In this document: piece after piece, positions 56,001-64,000 of the stretch | Numbering within the stretch: the stretch's first letter is position 1 | How the letters are laid out: each line of letters starts with the position of its first letter | From: Lingula anatina | Taxonomy: Eukaryota > Animalia > Brachiopoda | DNA length: 64,000 nucleotides | Direction of reading: 5' to 3' | NCBI GenBank assembly: GCA_051362555.1 | Contig: CM120640.1 | Span: 45,796,788-45,860,787, forward strand | Notes under the pieces: generated by a model | The model's database searches: none | What the model was told of the DNA's origin: nothing | The model's input: only the letters and a program-made list of their open reading frames with translations | Translations under genes and position numbers: made by a program

Positions 56001-59000
56001 TTTTGGCGACGGAGAAAAGAAAAAATCTAATACTACTAAAAACTTAACATTGCCCATGCGTTAAAAATTCTAATATGTAAAACATCTTTTTTTGCAATTT
56101 TGATATTGAACCTCGCTCTAAAAATACACACCTGCATATTTTGTTTACCTGAAATCGTTTCTCCTGTCTTTCTCATCAGGGTAAGGTTATCGTGTATGAT
56201 ATTCCGCGTAATACAAGACAATGCCCCTTTCCAATATTTTAACAAGAAAATTAAGAAACAGACACCTGTAAAGTGATCAGTATGATGGTGGTGGCACTGC
56301 TGGTGTTGACAATGAGAATAATAAGAAGAATAAGTGTGTGCGTGAGTGCATGTAAAGGGCATAAATGCTTCCGCGTAAGTCTATATGTCAATGCACTTGC
56401 AACCTTAATTAGTTTTGGAAGTCCTATTATTACTATTATCATTTTACTCCGTGTGCCCAAGAGTGAGAAAAAGAAGACTGTACCGCTGGCCTATAGAATG
56501 TTACTTTGAACCTTCAGTTCATTTCCTTTACATATCAGTAGAAATCCACTTATCTTAGACGATTTAGTTTAGTAAAATCGCTCATGATGATGCTTTTATT
56601 GGTAATCCTAAAATAAGTAACAAGACAATGGTTATACAAAATGTTTTTTTTTCTTTTCAAGGGTAGGAGCGTTTAATATCTTGATGAATAACTTCCATAG
56701 GTGTTTGCATATGTCCACGTCGTAAAATGATGCAGGGCGATTGGCTGCAGTTATGTCGTTTGACAGCGTTTGCACAGTAAAGAAGAAAACACTACTGGGA
56801 CGAAATACGCTATCTATCATGTGGCGAGAAACACCAAAACAAACCAGGCGATCAGACTCACAAAGCATGTTTGAAACTTTGATAGAAGTAAGGCGTCTGC
56901 TTCAGTGAATTTGACATAAAATCTACGTATGTTTGATCCCCTGACTGGTAATCTGTAGGTAAAAAACTAGAAAATCAAAGATCGTAAGAAATATGAAGCT
57001 TAAAAGACATCAATAATATCTTTGTTCTTTGTTTGAGTTTCTCATTACATTGTTTGTGTTTTCTTCGACTATCTACGTGTAAATGTAACAAAATACCCTG
57101 CGAAATCCTTAATCATATATTAGAAAGCGGGGCAGTGTTTTAAATCACAATCATATCATAAAGAACAAGTCGTGTTCAAAGAAAAGAATATCAAAAATGA
57201 AAATTGGTAGGAATTTTTGAATGACTGTAAACGTAACCTTAAACCACAGCAAGTCAAAAACGTGTATTTTACCGGTGGTATCATGTAAAATACACTATTC
57301 AGCACGAATGAAACACAATAGTCACAAATAAAAGTAAACCAGAATGATAGACAAGAACGCTGGCCATTTTGCAAAAATTCTTAACTAATATTTTCGTTTT
57401 GAGTGTCAGAAGAAATGGTATATAACCGTCTTTACGGGACTGGAGTAAGGCCTAGCATAACTTATAGGTGAGTTATTACAGGTAACGTAAAGCTAGACAT
57501 ATAAGTTATCCCGCCGTGTGACAGGAAAATTTAATAATTCACTTCTAATTTTGAATGCAGTTGAGGTTAATATTAATCTTCCCTAAAAATTAAAACAAAT
57601 AAAACACTGAGTTGACTAGAAAAATACGAAATGGGTAATACGATATAATATGTGCTGTATGAAACACAATAGTAAATGCTCTTTATTGTTTGATATTTTT
57701 ATTGATCATGTCAATAAAAAAAAAAGAATTATTTACCAGCTTTCTTTTTCATGTCCGTTTTTTTTCTTTTTTGCATCAAAGAGAATAAATGTAAAATATT
57801 AAGAGATATTCGGAAAATATAAATTCAGTGTTAAGGCAACAGCACGTCTTTGTAGATTAAGTAGATTGACTCTTACGCTCCTAAAAATAAAAAAAAAACA
57901 GCTTGTAATTTGCAGCTATTTCGACGTCAACTCATGCCAAGGATATTGAGGTGTATTGAATACAACAAAAACAAATTGTATGGACTCGGAGTATGAATAA
58001 CTTTGCAAGCTAGTTTTTCTGTGAATGCTAACAAAAAAGTCGAGTTATCAAAACCTCGTGCCTAAAATAAAGCAGAAAAGGAAACTATTTTCTGAAACTT
58101 GACAGCACTTGATTAAGTAGTATCTTTAAGTTTCAAGCCTCAGTCATCAAGAAGATAGTGTATAAAAGCAACGACAAATTGCATGTTGAACGGAACTCTT
58201 TTCTGCTTCAACTCTTTAAGGGCATGGGAAGAGCTGCGAACGCGGGGGAAAAAAGAACTTGTAACTGATTCAAGCGACAAACCATCGCTAATCATCGACT
58301 TATATGTGAACAAGGGTGTTATGGCGACACGACAAAAGGACCGTGACTTTACAATAAACCTCATTAAAAGATGCCACTTGAGTGAATAAAACATTTGTCA
58401 CGCAATCGATAGGACTTCTGGCAACGGTCGGTTTTTTGTTCCGTTCGACTCCTACCGGGGAGGAAAAAAAGCACGTATTCTTCGGGGCGTTCTTCGGGGC
58501 TAATTACAGTAATTCGGCCATTTTCTCTACATTTGTTTTACACGGTTGGATAAATCTATGAGCGTGTTTCTTTTTTTCCTTTTTTTCAAAAGCTGCCCTG
58601 TCAAACTTATTCTCCGTGTTGAAAGCCGGAGAAACACTTAGCATACCACAATCACTAATGCTTCAGCTAGCATGCGCCATGTTGGAAACATGCAGTCTCC
58701 TCCGTTATGTCATCAGAAGACATCGTAAGTACTTTATTCACAAAGATTCACGTACCAGATAAAACGTCCTTTCATAACTGTAATTCAATACTTTCTGAAG
58801 TATAACCATATTTCTGCCCCCTGAACGGAGTTAATGCACATGCGGGCTGAAGTCATTTTGAGTTGGCTCTCTGTAGTCCCCATTGCTGCACAAAATGTCG
58901 TAATATTTGCTGTAATATTTGATTCTAGAATTCAGATAATGCTAGGATTTAGTCTTCATTTAAACTAAATGGGAGGTAGACGACAAGAATTCAAAGAATA

Positions 59001-62000
59001 GGTAGTTCGGACTGTAAATTCAAATAAATAAAGAACTATAAGTATTATCTTAAAACAACCACGACAAATAAGCTCCGTGCAGGCAGTACGTTTTGATAAA
59101 TCTTATGAATTGCAAAAGTTCTTTTCAGCTGATTTTGACTACCGCTGGTTTATCTTAAAAGCGTCAATGCGACTGTGAATTTAAGATGAGAAATATATAG
59201 ACAGCACTGCCCAAATCATGAGCCCTGGAGATGCCACTATTCCCAACACTACATATGGCGAACTAGAGCCAAATGACATTATGAAGTTTTTAATGTCTTG
59301 GGCACGAACATTTATTTGTAAGTCACCGAGAGATATTTGATAGGTCAAAATTTAACATCCATTGGAGGCAAACATTGCCGAATAATGAAGTTATGCGATT
59401 CTTAGGGGCTTCCGCCTAATCCATTGTTCGACAGGAAATTTTAAACATTAAAGAGCAGAACGATCTGTGACAATACAAAAGGTCTCCATTTCCAACAAAA
59501 AACCTCAACTATGAGGCAAAGTTTACTGTAGGCATAGGGCGAATAGCTTCACAAACGATTGACTCCTAAGCAAACTTTGATTGAGCAGGCCAGAGGGCAA
59601 TAGTTACGGAGCAACCGTTGCGACATCCTGTTTTGTGACTGGGTCGCCTTTTTTGCGCCCAGATACCCTTAATGACACCTCGCAGGGAAGTTTACACAAT
59701 CTAATGAGATGTCTATGGCAATGGTGCTGAACATTGAGTGTTAAGTGGTCACCTCTTTTGCCCGCCCTTCCCCTGCTCATTGAACCAAAACGTTCAAAAT
59801 GATGGGGTACAACCTGTACACACTGGATACTATTAACCTGAGCAAATGTTTGTTGAAATAAAATTCGACACTCTACAAAGTCTATGATATTCGATTTTCT
59901 TTCAAAATGAGAGAAAAATACGCATGCATTTTGAATGTGTTTGCAAAACAATTAAGGCGTTGTGTTGTGGCATATGTTTGGGGAATATTTCTGGTATATT
60001 TTCCATGTTTTTGTTTGTTTTCTCCCTTACACGTTTACACGTAAAATTAGCTATAACTGTGTTCACTCAACGGAGATGCAGTGGTCGATATTAATTGGCT
60101 CGAACAAATAATCTCGAAATAAAAATCACAGGGACGATCGAAGAGTGCCGGAAGAGGCATTGATCATTTTTATACCTTCAAGAAAGATTTGTTTCACTTG
60201 ATTGGGTGGAAATTCCAGAGGATAATGCCATAGTTTGCTGGTAACTTTTCACCGTGAGCAACAATTAATTAAGTGCAAGATTAGTACGTTAAACTGTCTT
60301 GAAATATTTGGGTTTTTTTTACTATTCTTTTTAATTCTCTTTTTCTTTTCAATGTGATTTTTTTCTTTGGTAGCAGCAAAACCTTCACTTATCAATGAGT
60401 ATGGATTGTTTCATTTCTATTTCTTTCTTAAACTCACAATTTAGATAAATAGAGATAATATTCAAAAGTCCATTGTAGCACTTTTCCATATCCAACTTGA
60501 CGGTAATTCCCAAACAGAGTTTTAATATTTGGAGGTTCCTCTCAGTTGATGCTTGTAGGTATTAAAAACGTCCACAGAAAACAAGCCATTATCAAAGAAC
60601 AAAAGCACAGAAGCAACAGGCTATCACCCATTGCGCAGCCTCGGGTCAAAGAACCAAACGCACGATTACGTGATGTTTATACAATCCTCTTCTAGAAAAA
60701 TGTTCTATTTGTACTCCTAATTTAGCGCTACTAGCTGTCGGCGTTTATAATGCCCCCTGTGCAGTTATGCCCAACTCTTCTCTCGTCTTACGCAAATTAT
60801 TCTGAACTAATAATCACAGGGGTTATAGGAATCTTTAAAAGTATCACAGGGCAAATACTTGGCCTGGAACTTTAATCAAAGGGTTTGTCACTGGGTCGAC
60901 TCATACTTGTTGTATAGTGTTACCCGCCTCACGCAACACCTACACATTGTCCCGCTTGTGCTTCATGTAAAATATGTAAAAAATGTTTTCAGCTTTTGGC
61001 AAACAAACCTTATGTATCACAGAAACTTATTTGTGTATGACTAAAAGATATATACCATAATAATGTTGCTGGATTGATGAACAGCGATTTTCCCCCTTTA
61101 CCATCTGTACTGAATAATGCGAACACAACGAAACTCTAGCTCAGTAAAACACAGCTTGAATCAGTGTAGATATTTGTGCTGTGATAAATTTGCAGCTGTA
61201 TTCCTCAAGGCCGAGAAAAACATTCCGATCTCGGTAGTTTCTCTGGTTTTGCCCTTGCTTATCGCTCATGATTCATTGAAACTGCTGGATCTCATTGAAA
61301 TTAGGTGGTATGTTGATTTTGTTTCTTATATTGGAGCAGGCAGCCTGTTTTGCTCTATAAAAAATGAAAAACAAGCAAGAAAAATGGCGTTCTACTCACA
61401 ACTGGGCATGTTTGATTACTGGTAAACCTTGTATGACCTCCAGATACAGAAAAAATAGCGGAAAATGTTACGTCCCTTGGAAAAAAAGGGCTTTTTCTTT
61501 TTTCTTTTTGTGCGTATATTTTTTCAAGGACGATAGGCTGACTGACTATCATTAGCTGGAAAAGGGAACAGAGTTTTAATCGGATTTGCGTGTTCTTCTG
61601 CGAAAATTCTAGTATTTCTATACCGAAAAAGCGGCATGACATTGCGTTAAACCGTGTGAGGCCTATTCTACTACAGAAATGATAAGATAAATATAATCCA
61701 ATGTTTAAAGAAGAGAATGAGAAAGCGGAAAAACAAAGCGTTTTGCTTATCTTGAAGGAGTAGTCGGTTTTCTCTATTATATAGTCTCCTTCAAAATATG
61801 CCATTGTTTCTTTTTTTCTTTAAATTGCCTTCCCATAAAAACAAATTTAAACTAAATGCATAGATTCGGCCTTTTCCAATCTAAGTTTCCTCCTGTTTTT
61901 ATTCAAATGACTTTACTTCGTTTAAACCAAGGTCTCCTTCAGTGCGCCCACAATTTCGGTTGCGATAACAAAAACATACAGATCACATACCCGTGTTTTT

Positions 62001-64000
62001 ATTCACATAAATGGGTCAGTAAAATATGGGTAATTGGCTCTACATTTTGCACCCGGTTATTTCATCTCAACTGCCCTAATTAGCTCGTGGTAATGGCGAG
62101 AGTGCGTTCCGGGTTAAGAGTATTAATAACTTATTAATGTAAATCTGTTTTTTTTACAAAACGTCGAGTGGCTGAATATTTAACAACAGTCTTTTTCCTT
62201 TTTATTATTGAAGCGTATGCTCTAAACGACCCGGAACATCGAACAGTAAACAGTGAAATATCATTGCCCTTCATTCGTGTTACAGACAATATTCTTTTCC
62301 TTTTTTATTACAAAATAAGCAATCACTTGATGCGAAATGTAAGTTTTTGTATTGAGGGTCGTCTATTATAAGTGGCCAAAATAAATTCTATATTGCTTTT
62401 CCATCCTAATCATGTATTATGAAACAAAAAATCAGGTACTATTTAGGTAGTTAATTGCAATGAAGGGGGCACCATGCACAACAAGAACTGGGACGGTGAT
62501 CATTGCGTGAACGGTGGTACTTTTCACACGATCAATTTGATGACAAAGGCCGGTTATGAGACCCGCTGTCGTTCCACTAGACCTGGACTTTGTGTTCGAA
62601 AAGAAGACGAAAATGCAAATAAACTGACAGACAGAAAATGATAAAAATTAACAACTGTAGATTAAAAAGAAATGCTACACCAAGCACACCTTGCGTGTCT
62701 GCCGACGAGGATTATTTTTTTACCTAATTGGCTCTAGCAAATAATAGAACTTATTATCTTTCTTCTTCGCAGTCGGTGTCTTTGAGCGAGAAATAATTTC
62801 AATTCAGCTTCCATTTGGTAAGAATCATAAACCGGCTGTCTATGTGGTAGGAGGCCAAAATGAGTCCGATTAGAAGAGGTTGGATGGAGGGTTCTGGATA
62901 ATTAAGTTTATAATCAAAGCCGAAGCAGGTGTGTTGAAAAGTTTATGATTGAAAATTACGATCCGAGCCCAGGCGTTTCCTTCCGCAACGTTGATTCTTC
63001 AAAGGCGACAGAGCAAAAATTATTTCGTGTGCTCTGTGTTCTGTAGCATTGGTCTGTTTGTAACTCCGGACAAGACCCGTGATTATCAAAGCTATAGGAG
63101 ATCAAAGCTTAAAACCTTTAACAAGCGTTCTGCGCAAATTCGATGTAGAAAAGAACACCGCGTTGCCAAATCTCATTAATTCTGAGTCTTTTTTTCTATT
63201 TTCTTCTTTTTGTTAAAAAGGTGTCAACTTTGAAATATGTGAATCTTTGTTCTTTTCTTGTCCCTTACAACGGTACGCCTTATGCCCAGTATTGTTCTCC
63301 GGCACATTATATCGATGGTAACACTATCTAGTATACATCTGGACCTGACCGATGCATTCGGAAAGTTGACAGGGGGGACCGTTTTTCTATTCAACCCACT
63401 ATGGGTTAAATTTCACCCCTGATTGTAGTATTTATTTTTCAAAACGTGCGATACATCAAGGGCGTTTTGGGAAATGATGTACTAGCGTGTTACAATGCAT
63501 ATATGCGATTGTTAAGGATTTTATCAATAACATACCCGACTAGTTGGCTCGCCTCCTTCCACTGCATGCTATAGTTTGTACCAATTATTTCAAAATCTGC
63601 ACTGATTTGTCCGTAAAGCTGCCATGACTAATGTTATCACCACAGGCACTTCGTGTACAATTTTGTTTGTCTATTGTTTGTAAAAATCCTTCATATAATG
63701 CATTTTTTTCTTTTGTTTTGTAATTACATAACATTTACCTTCCTTTGTTCGTGTTTATCAGAACCAATTTTTCAATGTAAGAAATTCACATTAGTGATTG
63801 ATTTTTTTTTTCAATCATAAATCTTCACAAAGGGTTCGTCTCTGTCATCATCAGCAGACAGGAGGGCCGTGTATCATCTTTATCTTAGGATTAAAAGTAA
63901 TAAAATGGAATTCATCATTTAGCTACAATTTTAAAAGTTTATAAATCATCATTCATCGACGAAAGATGTTTGTTTTTATGTGTATCAAATATTTTCATCC

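Noticed and set aside
58418-58460. A-box/B-box-like motifs (TGGCAACGGTCGG ... GTTCGACTCC) suggesting a tRNA or SINE
   Set aside because: Spacing too short, internal T6 run would terminate Pol III, no cloverleaf
62072-62122. tRNA-like head (GCCCTAATTAGCTCGTGGTAA)
   Set aside because: No valid B-box or acceptor stem; single copy in the window
33000-64000. Numerous 60-150 aa ORFs in the six-frame track
   Set aside because: F/I/L/C/K-rich compositions typical of AT-rich non-coding DNA, many with non-ATG starts, no domains, no consistent exon chain

Overview
AT-rich eukaryotic (invertebrate metazoan, probably lophotrochozoan; the taxon is inferred) genomic DNA. The only confidently identifiable gene is a complete three-coding-exon COUP-TF/seven-up (NR2F) orphan nuclear receptor on the + strand. 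Its CDS is join 21036-21543, 22089-22619, 31154-31428 (1314 nt, 437 aa), with canonical GT-AG phase-1 introns. At the left edge lies what looks like the last coding exon (1910-2578) and 3'UTR of an unidentified upstream gene, whose intron is CpG-depleted. The rest (~5-20.6 kb, intron 2, ~33-64 kb) is a gene desert with no recognisable transposon ORFs and many CpG-rich, motif-dense islands, as expected around a developmental transcription factor. The best leads are clustered nuclear-receptor DR1/DR4 half-site arrays (possible autoregulation), a promoter-like module pointing antisense into the gene's 3' end, well-formed orphan splice-site pairs downstream (possible lncRNA or small secreted peptide), and uORFs plus a possible 5'UTR intron. 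I found no prokaryote-type systems, RNA genes or intact mobile elements. All motif-level calls were made by eye and are hypotheses; I cannot claim a demonstrated new biological system.
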